Position numbers and translations under genes: made by a program. Below, in pieces: positions 1 through 9,812 of a DNA stretch of 49,210 nucleotides; the stretch's first letter is position 1, and each line of letters opens with the position of its first letter. The stretch comes from Candidatus Parcubacteria bacterium (GTDB lineage Bacteria; Patescibacteriota; Minisyncoccia; Phycocordibacterales; UBA918): positions 1 to 49,210 of the forward strand of contig JBJOPW010000007.1 in NCBI GenBank assembly GCA_046050355.1, written 5' to 3'. The notes beneath the pieces were generated by a model. It did not search any database. It was not told the origin of the DNA and was given only the letters and a program-made list of their open reading frames with translations.

Positions 1-99
1 AGCGTAGCGCTTCTTTGAGCCACCAAGAATCTTGAACACACGTCCGACCTTGGCGCCCGAGTTGTCCGTAATTCGAACAATTGTCTGTGGCTGAATCAT
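1..99 (-). CDS. rplN: 50S ribosomal protein L14, N-terminal part (runs off window)
   Basis: Manual translation from ATG at 99: MIQPQTIVRITDNSGAKVGRVFKILGGSKKRYA; follows rpsQ as expected. Confidence 0.95.
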   Translation of the reverse strand, partial: MIQPQTIVRITDNSGAKVGRVFKILGGSKKRYA

Positions 100-109
100 A
101 GTGAATTCA

Positions 110-361
110 TTACTTGGTTAAAAGGGTGAAGCGCTTGCGCTTTGACATTGGGCGAGTTTCGCGGATTTCTACAATCGCACCTTCTTTCGCTGTATTGCCA
201 GCATCATGTACCAAAAACTTCTTGGTACGGCGCATGAACTTCTTGTACTTTGGATGCATCACGTACCGCTCGACAGCGACCGTAATAGTATCCTTCATCT
301 TCGTAGAAACGACAGTCCCTTTGAGGACACGACCGTTCTGTGTAGTTGAATCTGTTGTCAT
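110..361 (-). CDS. rpsQ: 30S ribosomal protein S17
   Basis: GTVVSTKMKDTITV, HPKYKK and ETRPMSKRKRF motifs; synteny. Confidence 0.97.
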   Translation of the reverse strand: MTTDSTTQNGRVLKGTVVSTKMKDTITVAVERYVMHPKYKKFMRRTKKFLVHDAGNTAKEGAIVEIRETRPMSKRKRFTLLTK

Positions 362-367
362 ATCCTA

Positions 368-565
368 TTACTTCTGGTCGCCACGGTTAGCGCGAGCGGT
401 CAATTCGGTGAGCGCGCGAGCAATCGTAAGCTTTGCCTGTCTGATAATTGATGCCTTGCGGGTAAAGCGATCTTTGAAGCGTTCACTCTGGAGTTCGCCA
501 CGAGTGGTGGTCACAAGCTCTTCGAGCTCGTTCACACTTTTCTTTGCAATATCTTCGTATTTCAT
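368..565 (-). CDS. rpmC: 50S ribosomal protein L29
   Basis: Short helical basic protein (ELEEL...IRQAKLTIARALT) between rplP and rpsQ; start taken at MKYED. Confidence 0.9.
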   Translation of the reverse strand: MKYEDIAKKSVNELEELVTTTRGELQSERFKDRFTRKASIIRQAKLTIARALTELTARANRGDQK

Positions 566-577
566 ATGCAATGAGGG

Positions 578-1018
578 TTACTTGGCGATAGTGTCCGCTT
601 TCGCGACTACCTTGGCTTTTAATGGGAGCTTGTTTACTGCTTTACGGAGCGCCTTGCGTGCGAGTTCTTCACTCGTCGCACCTTTTACTTCAAAGATGAT
701 GCGTCCTGGTTCTACTTCAAAGACGTAGTGGTCAAGGTCACCCTTACCTTTACCCATCGGTACTTCAGCAGCCTTCTTCGTAATTGGTCGGTCTGGGAAA
801 ATACGGATGTAGATTTGACCAGTCTTACCAAGAGTGCGTGAGATAACACGACGAGCGGCTTCGATTTGGTTTGAGCGAACACGTGATGGAGTGGTCGCCT
901 GGAGGCCAAATTCACCAAATGAAATGGTGGTACCACGAGTGGCTGGACGATTTCGTTTGACCTCACTCTTGCGGCCTGTTTGCCACTTGCGGTGTGCTAC
1001 TTTTTTTGGAAACAACAT
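578..1018 (-). CDS. rplP: 50S ribosomal protein L16
   Basis: MLFPKK, QIEAARR, IRIFPDRPITKK, MGKGKG motifs. Confidence 0.97.
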   Translation of the reverse strand: MLFPKKVAHRKWQTGRKSEVKRNRPATRGTTISFGEFGLQATTPSRVRSNQIEAARRVISRTLGKTGQIYIRIFPDRPITKKAAEVPMGKGKGDLDHYVFEVEPGRIIFEVKGATSEELARKALRKAVNKLPLKAKVVAKADTIAK

Positions 1019-1024
1019 ACCAAT

Positions 1025-1759
1025 TTAGCGGTTACGTGGCGCTCGAGGAGCGCGATCAGTGGCGTCATTGCGAGCTGGAGTAGCCTCCTCGCGCGCTTTG
1101 CGATCACCAAAGATATCACCCTTATAAATCCAGACCTTGATACCGATAGCGCCATATGGCAAACGAGCAGTAACGCGCGCAAAGTCAATGTCTGCACGGA
1201 GTGTCTGGAGTGGAATTCGACCCTTCTTCAATTCTTCAATACGAGCCATATCAGCGCCACCAAGACGACCTGAGAGCTTGATACGAACACCCTGAACATC
1301 ACGACTGGCCATCACTTTTTCGATCGCCTGTTTCATGACGCGACGGAAAGTCATACGCTTTTCGAGGCCTTCAGCAATCATCTGACCGACGATATTCGCA
1401 CTACTTTCAGGGGTGCGAATCTCTTCGATATCAAGCTTAATTTCTGGCTTACTGATGAGTCCCGCTTTGCGGAAGAGCATATCGAGCTCAGCCTTGAGCT
1501 TCACTGCCCCTTCACCACTACGACCGATCACAAGACCGGGACGAGCAGTTTTGATAATGATACGAACCATCTTCTGGTTACGCTCAATTTCAACTGAATC
1601 AACGGACATTCCTTTAAGACGCTTTTCGAGGAACTTACGAATCGCGGCGTCAACGCGAATGTATTCACGGTACTGCTTTGGGTCGGTGGTGAACCAGCGA
1701 CTCTTCCAGTCGCGGATGATACCGACACGCTGTACGTATGGATGTGCTACGTGTGTCAT
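1025..1759 (-). CDS. rpsC: 30S ribosomal protein S3
   Basis: WKSRWF, ARPGLVIGRSG, GRIPLQTLRADID, GIKVWIYKG. Confidence 0.97.
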   Translation of the reverse strand: MTHVAHPYVQRVGIIRDWKSRWFTTDPKQYREYIRVDAAIRKFLEKRLKGMSVDSVEIERNQKMVRIIIKTARPGLVIGRSGEGAVKLKAELDMLFRKAGLISKPEIKLDIEEIRTPESSANIVGQMIAEGLEKRMTFRRVMKQAIEKVMASRDVQGVRIKLSGRLGGADMARIEELKKGRIPLQTLRADIDFARVTARLPYGAIGIKVWIYKGDIFGDRKAREEATPARNDATDRAPRAPRNR

Positions 1760-1762
1760 AGA

Positions 1763-2086
1763 TTATTTGGTACCGAGCAGAATAGTAATGTGACTGGCAC
1801 GCTTGTTGATGCGTGAAGCCGAACCACGGGCTCGTGGCATAAAGCGCTTCAAGGTTGGTGCCTTGTCTACAGACACGAACTTTACAATAAGATGATCAGG
1901 ATTAGCACCCGCCTGCTTGGCGTTTGCTACCGCAGAAGCAAGGAGCTTACCAAATTGTACGGCTGCACGCTTTTCAACGAATTGAAGGGCGTGGGTAGCG
2001 ACAGCTACTTTCTTGCCGCGAATCACATCAGCCACAAGGCGAACCTTGCGTGGTGACTGGCGATAGTTTTTGAGAGTTGCTTTCAT
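1763..2086 (-). CDS. rplV: 50S ribosomal protein L22
   Basis: SPRKVRLVADVIRGK, PRARG, SHITI. Confidence 0.97.
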   Translation of the reverse strand: MKATLKNYRQSPRKVRLVADVIRGKKVAVATHALQFVEKRAAVQFGKLLASAVANAKQAGANPDHLIVKFVSVDKAPTLKRFMPRARGSASRINKRASHITILLGTK

Positions 2087-2091
2087 ACAAT

Positions 2092-2439
2092 TTATTTCTT
2101 CTTAGCGACTGGACCAGCTGACTTAGCAGCCTTAGCAGCAGCGATTTCAGCTTCCTTCTTCTTCTGTTCAAGTTCCTTCTGCATCTTACCGCCGTGACGA
2201 TGGAACTTCTTCGTTGGTGAAAATTCACCAAGTCGATGACCAACCATTTCTTCTGCAATTGTTACTGCAATATGGTCTTTCCCATTGTGAACGCCGAAAG
2301 TGAATCCGACCATTTCTGGCGAGATCATAGATGCTCGCGCCCAGGTTTTGATTACACCACCTTCTCCCGGCTTCTTACCGGCGATCTTTTTAAGGAGTTT
2401 TTCATCGATATACGGCCCTTTATATAATGATCTCGACAT
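2092..2439 (-). CDS. rpsS: 30S ribosomal protein S19 with Lys/Ala-rich C-terminal extension
   Basis: [37 protein letters not shown]. Confidence 0.97.
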   Translation of the reverse strand: MSRSLYKGPYIDEKLLKKIAGKKPGEGGVIKTWARASMISPEMVGFTFGVHNGKDHIAVTIAEEMVGHRLGEFSPTKKFHRHGGKMQKELEQKKKEAEIAAAKAAKSAGPVAKKK

Positions 2440-2449
2440 ACTGAGATTC

Positions 2450-2565
2450 AAACTCTGTAGTGGCGAATTTCTTTGTCGCTACAGCTGAGTCCGTCGTCAC
2501 GGTACAGAAGTACCGCTCCTCGAACTCAACTTAGGCTCCTCGAACTTCATCCACTCCAGACGTTT
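2450..2565. repeat. Long imperfect palindrome, ERIC/RPE-like element, in rpsS leader
   Basis: Arms AAACTCTGTAGTGG / CCACTCCAGACGTTT; minus-strand core GAGGAGCGGTAC-TTCT-GTACCGTGACGAC. Confidence 0.6.
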
Positions 2566-2767
2566 TCATAGTTAGTTAACTGGTAAACCGCATGATAGAT
2601 GCTCATTTCATACTGAAACGAGCCGCACAGTGGCGGCTGTTTGAGAATCCCCTCTAAAGACAGGTAACGGCCGGCCTTATGGGGAATTCCCAACGTCTTT
2701 TATCCCTTTGTTTTGACACTTTCCTTGGTACCGGTACGGACCGATACCCGAGGTTGGAACGCCGCCA

Positions 2768-2796
2768 ATACTACGTGAAATAAAGAAAAAAGTCAA
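2768..2796 (-). promoter_or_regulatory. sigma70-type promoter for the rpsS-rplN block
   Basis: TTGACT-17 bp-TAGTAT on minus strand, ~330 nt upstream of rpsS. Confidence 0.7.
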
Positions 2797-2900
2797 CAAA
2801 TTAAGCTTTGGTTTGAAAGTGTAGTAGTTTTAGTTGACATAATAATTTTTAAGTATATTATTAATATAATTTAGAATTATTAAAATCATTACAAATTATT

Positions 2901-3149
2901 ATGTTTCAAACTAAAATAACCAGCCAGGGCACCATTTCTATCCCTGCCCCACTGCGTAAAAAGTACGGCCTCATGCCGGGCGACACTGTTACTCTCGAAG
3001 ATACCGGCAAGATAACTATCACAAAAAATCCTGATTTTGCTTCATTACGTGAACAAAATGCCAAATATCTCACTGGAAAAAAACCTTTTATTGCCAAAAG
3101 CGGGGACGGCTTTGCTATGCATGTAATGGAAAAATATGGCCAAAAATAA
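2901..3149 (+). CDS. AbrB/MazE/SpoVT-family antitoxin (VapB-like)
   Basis: KITSQGTISIPAPLRKKYGLMPGDTV swapped-hairpin signature; overlaps downstream PIN gene. Confidence 0.85.
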   Translation: MFQTKITSQGTISIPAPLRKKYGLMPGDTVTLEDTGKITITKNPDFASLREQNAKYLTGKKPFIAKSGDGFAMHVMEKYGQK

Positions 3150-3540
3150 ATCTGGTTCGCTCGATACCAATATCTTGCTTCGTCTCATTGTCGGCGATGT
3201 ACCAACTCAAACTACCGTGATCGAAGACCTGCTGGCCAATGCATCATCCCTTCAAGTGGCTGATGTGGTGATATTTGAAACAGTATTTGTACTCCAAAAC
3301 TACTACGCATTTTCGCGTGAAGACATTTATCTATCACTCATAGCCATCGTACGACACCCAAAGATTAACTGTAATCGACGGCTATTTGAGCAGGCTTTTG
3401 CTCTCTATCGAGAGTTTCCAAAACTTTCGCTCGTTGACAGTGCTTTGCCCGGATATGCCAATCTGAATAACGCTGCCCCACTGTATACATTTGATAAAGA
3501 CTTGGCGAAATCACTACCAGATACCGAATTGCTAGCATGA
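3136..3540 (+). CDS. PIN-domain toxin (VapC-like)
   Basis: LDTNILLR, E in VIFETVFVL, SLVD, LYTFDKDL acidic PIN motifs. Confidence 0.88.
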   Translation: MAKNKSGSLDTNILLRLIVGDVPTQTTVIEDLLANASSLQVADVVIFETVFVLQNYYAFSREDIYLSLIAIVRHPKINCNRRLFEQAFALYREFPKLSLVDSALPGYANLNNAAPLYTFDKDLAKSLPDTELLA

Positions 3541-4136
3541 TCACCCCCTCACACCTCATCTATAGCTGGGCTTTAGCCAAAAAAACCGCAAACAATCCTG
3601 TGAATCCAGCAGAAAAGCACCGAGTAGCCGCTTTTATCCTCGGCGCCCTCCTGCTCGATATCCCAGTGTATGTTTTCTTTTTGGTCTGTGGGGTAATGCT
3701 CGACTATGGTCACGAGACCCTCTGGGACGATATGTACTTTAATTCGGGCTGGTCAGTCGTGTTTACCCTGTCCCATTCACTCCTCCTCTGGCCAACAGTG
3801 CTCGTGGTGGCACGGTGGAGACAATGGTTATTCCTCAAATGGCTCTCAATTTCTGCCTTGTTCCATATCGTCGTGGATTTTTGTGTCCATACAGCAGACG
3901 CGTATAAGCACTTCTGGCCACTATCTGATTGGCGTTTTGTCAGTCCAATCTCCTATTGGGACCGCGCTTCGTACGGGGACTATGTTAATGCCTTTGACAG
4001 TATCCTTATCGTCTCACTCCTCGCCTGGCTCCTCACCACATATCCTCGTAGCAACATTCGATTTTTGATCTTTGGCTTGTTAGCACTGGCTTTTGCTCGC
4101 CTCATTATGAGTCTCTTATTCTTTACTCATGCCTAG
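3537..4136 (+). CDS. Membrane-associated putative metal-dependent hydrolase (YdjM-like)
   Basis: TPSH, D, SHS, FHIVVDFCVH, HFWPLSDW motifs with TM segments; ATGA overlap with the PIN gene. Confidence 0.6.
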   Translation: MITPSHLIYSWALAKKTANNPVNPAEKHRVAAFILGALLLDIPVYVFFLVCGVMLDYGHETLWDDMYFNSGWSVVFTLSHSLLLWPTVLVVARWRQWLFLKWLSISALFHIVVDFCVHTADAYKHFWPLSDWRFVSPISYWDRASYGDYVNAFDSILIVSLLAWLLTTYPRSNIRFLIFGLLALAFARLIMSLLFFTHA

Positions 4137-4443
4137 ACCCCGCGGCAGTGAACATACCACCCTTACCGAAACAGCCGAGCTCCTCGTCCGCGAGCTCAAA
4201 CGCTACCCTGGTATCAAAATGATCGCCCCTGGTATTATCGATGCTAAACGTTCGGGTAAACGCTATATCACTGCGGTCTATACCACCGCTGGTATTCATT
4301 TTATCGTTTCGGGAACCGGTGTGCAAAAAATTGCAGTGCACCTGATTGATCCAACCACTGGCCAGAAATTGATAGTTTCTCTTAAAAACTCCAAGACCCT
4401 CAAACAATTCAACTGGAGTGAACGAAGGGGATATATCACCTGA
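4129..4443 (+). CDS. Hypothetical protein, DUF2103-like
   Basis: HTTL...PGIKMIAPGII pattern; overlaps previous stop. Confidence 0.55.
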   Translation: MPRPRGSEHTTLTETAELLVRELKRYPGIKMIAPGIIDAKRSGKRYITAVYTTAGIHFIVSGTGVQKIAVHLIDPTTGQKLIVSLKNSKTLKQFNWSERRGYIT

Positions 4444-4501
4444 TCGTATCTAAACCTCAAATATAAAGGTTTTGAACACAATTGTATTCTAATCATTTAG
4501 T

Positions 4502-4996
4502 TTACGTACAGACGATACGAATTTCTATACCACACCCCTTACCAGCATCACATTCGTCGCCTAAACTCCCTACTGTCCGACCTGAAAACACACCTCCTCT
4601 TGTACCAATATTATTATTCAAAGCAAAACCGCGCCAAGGTGTCGTATTATCACCATCCCATACATTACGATATTCGATACGACAATTAGCCATTGGATTT
4701 GATGATGTGGAGCTTATGTTGTTAATCGTGTTAATCATATTATCTGCATTAATACAATTTGTCCCGGTTGCGTTGCAATACAAATTCGAGCGCATTTGGC
4801 TTGTCGCGGCAAAGATGTTGGCGACAATATTACCAGTCTTAGTTTGAGTAACACCACTGACATCTACCGGTGCTGCGGTGTTGTTATTTGGTGGAGTGGC
4901 GGGAGCGGGTGTCCAAGCGGCACCTAAGAAGTTGTACGCGAGGAGGGCAAAGACGGCAACTAATAATACAGTGAGGGAACGATACGATGTAATCAT
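4502..4996 (-). CDS. Secreted constant/variable cassette protein, copy 1 (Cys-containing variable C-terminus)
   Basis: Signal/TM segment plus AWTPAPATPPNNNTAAPVDVSGVTQTKTG...MRSNLYC shared with 9167-9703 and 12837-13394. Confidence 0.85.
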   Translation of the reverse strand: MITSYRSLTVLLVAVFALLAYNFLGAAWTPAPATPPNNNTAAPVDVSGVTQTKTGNIVANIFAATSQMRSNLYCNATGTNCINADNMINTINNISSTSSNPMANCRIEYRNVWDGDNTTPWRGFALNNNIGTRGGVFSGRTVGSLGDECDAGKGCGIEIRIVCT

Positions 4997-5076
4997 ATAG
5001 AATATGATACAACGATTCTACTGGTATTGGTGGAGGATGTGGGGATATACAAAAAGCACCCGAGGGTGCTTTTTGT
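4776..5076 (-). repeat. Cassette repeat copy 1 (hairpin + promoter region + constant coding region)
   Basis: ~300 bp direct repeat of 9477-9785 and 13168-13476. Confidence 0.92.
5049..5076. terminator. Intrinsic terminator-like hairpin
   Basis: ACAAAAAGCACC-CGAG-GGTGCTTTTTGT just after the 1302 aa gene. Confidence 0.8.
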
Positions 5077-5095
5077 GTTGTTCTGGAGTGTTTAT

Positions 5096-8000
5096 TTAAT
5101 TTGTACTTTTTAGTGCCGCTAACAACGCTTGAAGTTTGGTGATTTGTTTGAGTAGCTCAGCCATTTTTGCCTGCCTCTCTGCTTCTGTTAGTAATTGGGT
5201 TGACGGTTGAGTTGAAACTGTAGTCGGCGATATCACCGTTGGTGCAACTGTAGTAGTTTCATTGGTTAGATAGTTGGTCACCACGTAACCGTCGGCGGCT
5301 GCATCGAAGTTGACATATGTCCAAGTATATTCACCGGCAGCTACCGTAGTGCCAGTTTGTGTACCCTTAGCACCTTTTGGTTGTACACCAATCTTCTCAC
5401 CATTAGCAGTTGACCGCACGTTGAGATTGTCAGTGGCCACAACTCGTTTGTTGCCGGTAGTTGGTTTCACTGGCTCTGTCGGCTCCCCGTCTCCACTTGT
5501 GCCGGTGCCATTTACCACCACAGTAACTGTCTGTGTGACAGTACCTCCGGTACCAGTACAGGTTAATGTAAAGGTTTGATTGGTGGTAAAAGTTTCACTA
5601 AATGATCCACGTGTTGACTTTGTACCTGACCAATTACCGCTAGCTGAACATTTCTTCGCATCAGTAGTTGACCAGCTTACCACAGCTTTTGAACCTGCAA
5701 GCAGGGGATTTGGAGTAGCACTCAAAGTGAGCGTCGGCGCTGGTGTTTCATCACCTGAACCACCTGATCCGCCACCTGATCCGCCACCAGTTGTTGTGCC
5801 ACACGTAGTCGCTGGATTAAGGGCACAACCACTCTTCTCATTAGTATCGAGAATACCATCGTTATCATCATCGCTGTCGCAAGCGTCACCTTGGGTATCT
5901 CCGTCGTAGTTGGCTTGGGTGGCGTTGGCGATGAGTGAACAGTTGTCAGTAGTATCGGCTACCCCATCTTTGTCGGTGTCGGTGATGGTTGGAGGGGTGT
6001 ATGTGGCAAGAAACTCGTCGGCAACCATACCATCAATACCACTGTCGAAGTTTACCGGGATGTAGGTGTAACCATTGCTTGCAATAGGGGTGCCGGTCTG
6101 CACGGTACCCACACTGCCAACCGGTTGTGTCCCCAATACAGTAGCCATATTCGTACTACGAACGTTGACGATGTCTTTGGTTTGGATGCGAGTACCAGCG
6201 GTGAAGACTGACGTCACCGGTGGAACAGCGCCACACGTAGTCGCTGGATTGAGCGTACAACCACTCTTCTCATTAGTATCGAGAATACCATCGTTATCAT
6301 CATCGCTGTCGCAAGCGTCACCTTGGGTATCGCCGTCGTAGTTGGCTTGGGTTGCATTAGCAATGAGTGAACAGTTGTCAGTAGTATCGGCTACCCCATC
6401 TTTGTCGGTGTCGGTGATAGTGGGCGCGGTGACGGTGACTACGGCTGTAGCAGTGCCTGAACCACCGGCTCCGATACAAGTGAGGGTGAAGGTCTTCGTG
6501 CCAGTAGTAGTAAGAGCACCAGTTGAGCCCGTACCACTCGTGGTCTTAGTACCGGTCCAGGCACCTGAAGCGGTACAGCTAGTGGCATTAGTGCTACTCC
6601 AGGTGAGGGTGGCACTGTTACTGGTGGTGAGGGTGGTTGGTGCAGCGGTCAAGGTGACTGTTGGTGCTGGGGTGGTTGGAGTAGTAGCCGTGACAGAAAC
6701 ATTCGTTGACTGGGTCACTGAACCACCAGCGCCCGTACAGGTAAGCGTGAAGGTCTGGGTACCGGTGGTCGAGAGGGCACCAGTACTTTGTGAGCCACTG
6801 GTTGACTTACTACCAGTCCATGCGCCTGAGGCGGTACAAGTGGTAGCGTTGGTGGCAGTCCAGGTGAGGGTGGCACTACTACCGGAAGTGATACTGGTTG
6901 GGGCGGCACTGATGGTTAGGGTTGGAGCTGGTGTTGTTGGTGGAGGAACAGTGCCTGAACCAGCCTCCAACGGTCCAATATCGTATGCTCCAAGTGGTCG
7001 GCTCGCTCCACCAAGACTGGTATGAGCACTAACCCCAGCCACACTTGAGACCATAGCCCGAGTATCAAAACCAGCATCAATGGTTGGACTACCAGCAGCA
7101 AGACTATAGCTACCATTGTATTGGGAGAACAGTTTACTGAGATTAGTTTCAGTTTTATCAGTTGGTTTAGCTGTCCAGCCACGAGAACTCGTCTGATTCC
7201 AGGCAAAACCAGTCCAAAGGTTGTTTGAAGCATCTACACCAGCGGTATTAAATTGGTTGGTTGAACCATCAATGATGTTATTTTTTACTACAAACGTTAC
7301 CCCTGCGGCTTGATTTGCTAGAGAAAATGCGGTATCGCCAGGCATCCGTAGGAAGGCATTATTGAGAACATAGTTTGTACCCTGAGCGCCACTACGAATA
7401 GCAATAAAACTTGAAGATAACTCGGGATTATCGTTACCATCAAACACATTTCCGATAATCTTCATATCAATACCATCATTGATCGCCAGCATGATACGTC
7501 CAGTATCATAGGCACGGTTATTTTTTATGAGTACGTTCTTACAGTTGATGTAACAAGTGTATGCATTGCCGTGTGTACTTGTATAATCGCTTACATAGTT
7601 ACCTTCCATGACACCATCTACTACGGTAAAGAACGCCATGGCACTACTTCCCACCACCTTTACTTCGTTGTTCAAAAACTTGACCCGTGAAGCTGAAGAC
7701 GAGAAGAAACCTCGAGTGTCAGCGAGAATATTGAGTGCTTTTGAGTTTGAGACAGTGAGGTCATCAACACTACTGATATTGAGCGCAGCTGAGCTTGGTG
7801 CATTAATGTTTGAGAAAATCACATCATCAATAGTGACATTACTTCGGGCCGTACCCTTTGGGTGAGCAATACCACCTGATCGACTTGTATCGCCGTTGTA
7901 GGCAGTAACAGCAAATTGACTAAAATTAAAGTAAGATGGCACAAATACTATACCAACGTTACGGTGCGCAATTTCAATCGAATTTAGATTAGCTTTATTA

Positions 8001-9004
8001 GTTGGCCAAACGTACACAGTATGTTCGTTATTTGCGTCTGGTGTACGAGTAAATACATATTCGCCCGGCTTACTCATTACTTTATCTTTGAGACTGTTCA
8101 CAAACATAAAAGCGTCTATTTGTGAACCTTTACTGATCGCCTTCGAAAGTGGCGAAGCGAATAACACCTCACCATTACTGTAGGTTCCGACTCGTTGTCC
8201 AACAATATAATTATTGGCTGCGTGTAGCCAAAAACGCATCTCAGCTCCATCCCAATAACCATTTGATTCAGTTAAACGTGTTGACGTAAATCCATCAGAT
8301 CGACCAACCGAACCAGCATCAACTGGCCATAAATCACTGGTATATTCTTTGGATGGATCACTTAACTTAGGATATGAAGCAACCGCCAGTTTCTGACCAT
8401 TTTCCATAAGTTGTGGCATGGCAACATTTGAAAACATTGAAGCTGGGAGCTTCGCGTAGTACATATTTGCCCAGTTTGGATTGTTGCCACAGGCAGCAGC
8501 GGTACAAGGTTGCCAGGCCGCGATATTGCTTACCACTGAAGCGCCGCTGAGAGTTGGTCGTTCCGATCCATAACCAGAAATACCAATTTGATTTGTTGCT
8601 GTTCCTCCAAGACCAGATGGCATTGAGATCGATTCACGGTACGTCCCAGCTCGAACCTTTATTTCTGTACCTGGCGTTAGTACTTTCACCGCCGCACCAA
8701 TAGTTGGATAGGCATCGCCATTTGAACCTGAACAATTACGGTTAGCAATAGAGTAATTACCACTACAATTGCCGGACAAATTAGCATCAACATAAATAGT
8801 TCGCGCGTATGATACGTTACTTATACCAAGCACTTTTGGTGCTCTTTTAGCTTGTAATTGTTTCAATGCTTCTTGCAACTGTAGCACCTGTCGTTCCAAA
8901 TCAGCCAACGAAACGGCTGCGTGAACTGACGGTGTCAGGAAAGCCACACTGACAATAATAGTGAGAGAGAGTAATATTCTGCGACTCCAGTTTTTGGTAA
9001 ACAT
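5096..9004 (-). CDS. Large secreted multidomain surface protein: right-handed beta-helix (pectin lyase-like), Thr-rich Ig-like repeats, thrombospondin type 3 repeats, SH3-like domains
   Basis: Signal peptide; TIGAAV...VRAGTYRE beta-helix start; LAAGSPTIDAG...YDIGPLE; LTWxxTNATxCTASGAW repeats; two DTDKDGVADTTDNC...DDDNDGILD repeats; two NVRST...GxQPxG...VNFD modules. Confidence 0.85.
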   Translation of the reverse strand: MFTKNWSRRILLSLTIIVSVAFLTPSVHAAVSLADLERQVLQLQEALKQLQAKRAPKVLGISNVSYARTIYVDANLSGNCSGNYSIANRNCSGSNGDAYPTIGAAVKVLTPGTEIKVRAGTYRESISMPSGLGGTATNQIGISGYGSERPTLSGASVVSNIAAWQPCTAAACGNNPNWANMYYAKLPASMFSNVAMPQLMENGQKLAVASYPKLSDPSKEYTSDLWPVDAGSVGRSDGFTSTRLTESNGYWDGAEMRFWLHAANNYIVGQRVGTYSNGEVLFASPLSKAISKGSQIDAFMFVNSLKDKVMSKPGEYVFTRTPDANNEHTVYVWPTNKANLNSIEIAHRNVGIVFVPSYFNFSQFAVTAYNGDTSRSGGIAHPKGTARSNVTIDDVIFSNINAPSSAALNISSVDDLTVSNSKALNILADTRGFFSSSASRVKFLNNEVKVVGSSAMAFFTVVDGVMEGNYVSDYTSTHGNAYTCYINCKNVLIKNNRAYDTGRIMLAINDGIDMKIIGNVFDGNDNPELSSSFIAIRSGAQGTNYVLNNAFLRMPGDTAFSLANQAAGVTFVVKNNIIDGSTNQFNTAGVDASNNLWTGFAWNQTSSRGWTAKPTDKTETNLSKLFSQYNGSYSLAAGSPTIDAGFDTRAMVSSVAGVSAHTSLGGASRPLGAYDIGPLEAGSGTVPPPTTPAPTLTISAAPTSITSGSSATLTWTATNATTCTASGAWTGSKSTSGSQSTGALSTTGTQTFTLTCTGAGGSVTQSTNVSVTATTPTTPAPTVTLTAAPTTLTTSNSATLTWSSTNATSCTASGAWTGTKTTSGTGSTGALTTTGTKTFTLTCIGAGGSGTATAVVTVTAPTITDTDKDGVADTTDNCSLIANATQANYDGDTQGDACDSDDDNDGILDTNEKSGCTLNPATTCGAVPPVTSVFTAGTRIQTKDIVNVRSTNMATVLGTQPVGSVGTVQTGTPIASNGYTYIPVNFDSGIDGMVADEFLATYTPPTITDTDKDGVADTTDNCSLIANATQANYDGDTQGDACDSDDDNDGILDTNEKSGCALNPATTCGTTTGGGSGGGSGGSGDETPAPTLTLSATPNPLLAGSKAVVSWSTTDAKKCSASGNWSGTKSTRGSFSETFTTNQTFTLTCTGTGGTVTQTVTVVVNGTGTSGDGEPTEPVKPTTGNKRVVATDNLNVRSTANGEKIGVQPKGAKGTQTGTTVAAGEYTWTYVNFDAAADGYVVTNYLTNETTTVAPTVISPTTVSTQPSTQLLTEAERQAKMAELLKQITKLQALLAALKSTN
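5798..6421. repeat. Intragenic ~190 bp duplication of the TSP3 module (5798-5989 and 6230-6421)
   Basis: Near-identical DNA copies seen directly. Confidence 0.9.
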
Positions 9005-9166
9005 AGAACAATAATTGAAGTAAATAATATCGTATACGAACGAAAGGTAGACCGCATAAACGATCTACCCCCATTTCAAGTATCATTATAGTATAGATAT
9101 CACTAGATTTTTTTTTGGTTGTGTATAACTCCTGAGATTATCACGGTATCATCTGAATATAACTGG

Positions 9167-9703
9167 TTATTGCACTTTGCAACAGCGTGCGGTTGCTTGG
9201 GCACGATTGCCTGTTGTACAAGCCCAACCATTTGCATTCGGGACTGAACTAATCACTGTTTTCGTACTACAATTACCGGTAGTGACGCCAGCACAACTAT
9301 CCACACAACCGCCTCCAGTAACTTCTTCATTAGGGCCACATGATGCTGTTATATTACCCGGTCCACCAGTAACATTTGCACTCAACGCTGAAGTAACATT
9401 GCGACACGTCAAAGACTGTGGTGCAGCCGGAGTCAAATTAGCAATGGTGGTTGTAGAAAAACAGCCACGGCCCAGTGCATCACAATACAAATTCGAGCGC
9501 ATTTGGTTCGTCGCCGCAAAGATATTGGCAACGATATTACCAGTTTTTGTTTGGGTAACACCACTGACATCTACCGGTGCAGCGGTATTGTTATTTGGTG
9601 GAGTGGCGGGAGCTGGTGTCCAAGCGGCACCTAAGAAGTTGTACGCGAGGAGAGCAAAGACAGCAACTGATAATACGGTGAGGGAACGATAGGATGTGGT
9701 CAT
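9167..9703 (-). CDS. Secreted constant/variable cassette protein, copy 2 (SC...VTGGGC...P..NGWAC...ARCC C-terminus)
   Basis: Same constant N-terminus; the Cys-rich tip resembles shufflon PilV-type variable C-termini (by motif recall). Confidence 0.85.
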   Translation of the reverse strand: MTTSYRSLTVLSVAVFALLAYNFLGAAWTPAPATPPNNNTAAPVDVSGVTQTKTGNIVANIFAATNQMRSNLYCDALGRGCFSTTTIANLTPAAPQSLTCRNVTSALSANVTGGPGNITASCGPNEEVTGGGCVDSCAGVTTGNCSTKTVISSVPNANGWACTTGNRAQATARCCKVQ

Positions 9704-9785
9704 ATAGAGTATGATACAACGATTCTATTCGTATGGGTGGAGACGGTAGGGATACGCAAAACCGCCCAGACGGGCGGTTTTGCGT
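9477..9785 (-). repeat. Cassette repeat copy 2
   Basis: Direct repeat of 4776-5076 and 13168-13476. Confidence 0.92.
9754..9785. terminator. Intrinsic terminator after rplB
   Basis: ACGCAAAACCGCCC-AGAC-GGGCGGTTTTGCGT. Confidence 0.8.
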
Positions 9786-9812
9786 TGTTTTGAGACAATA
9801 CTGTAACGAGAC

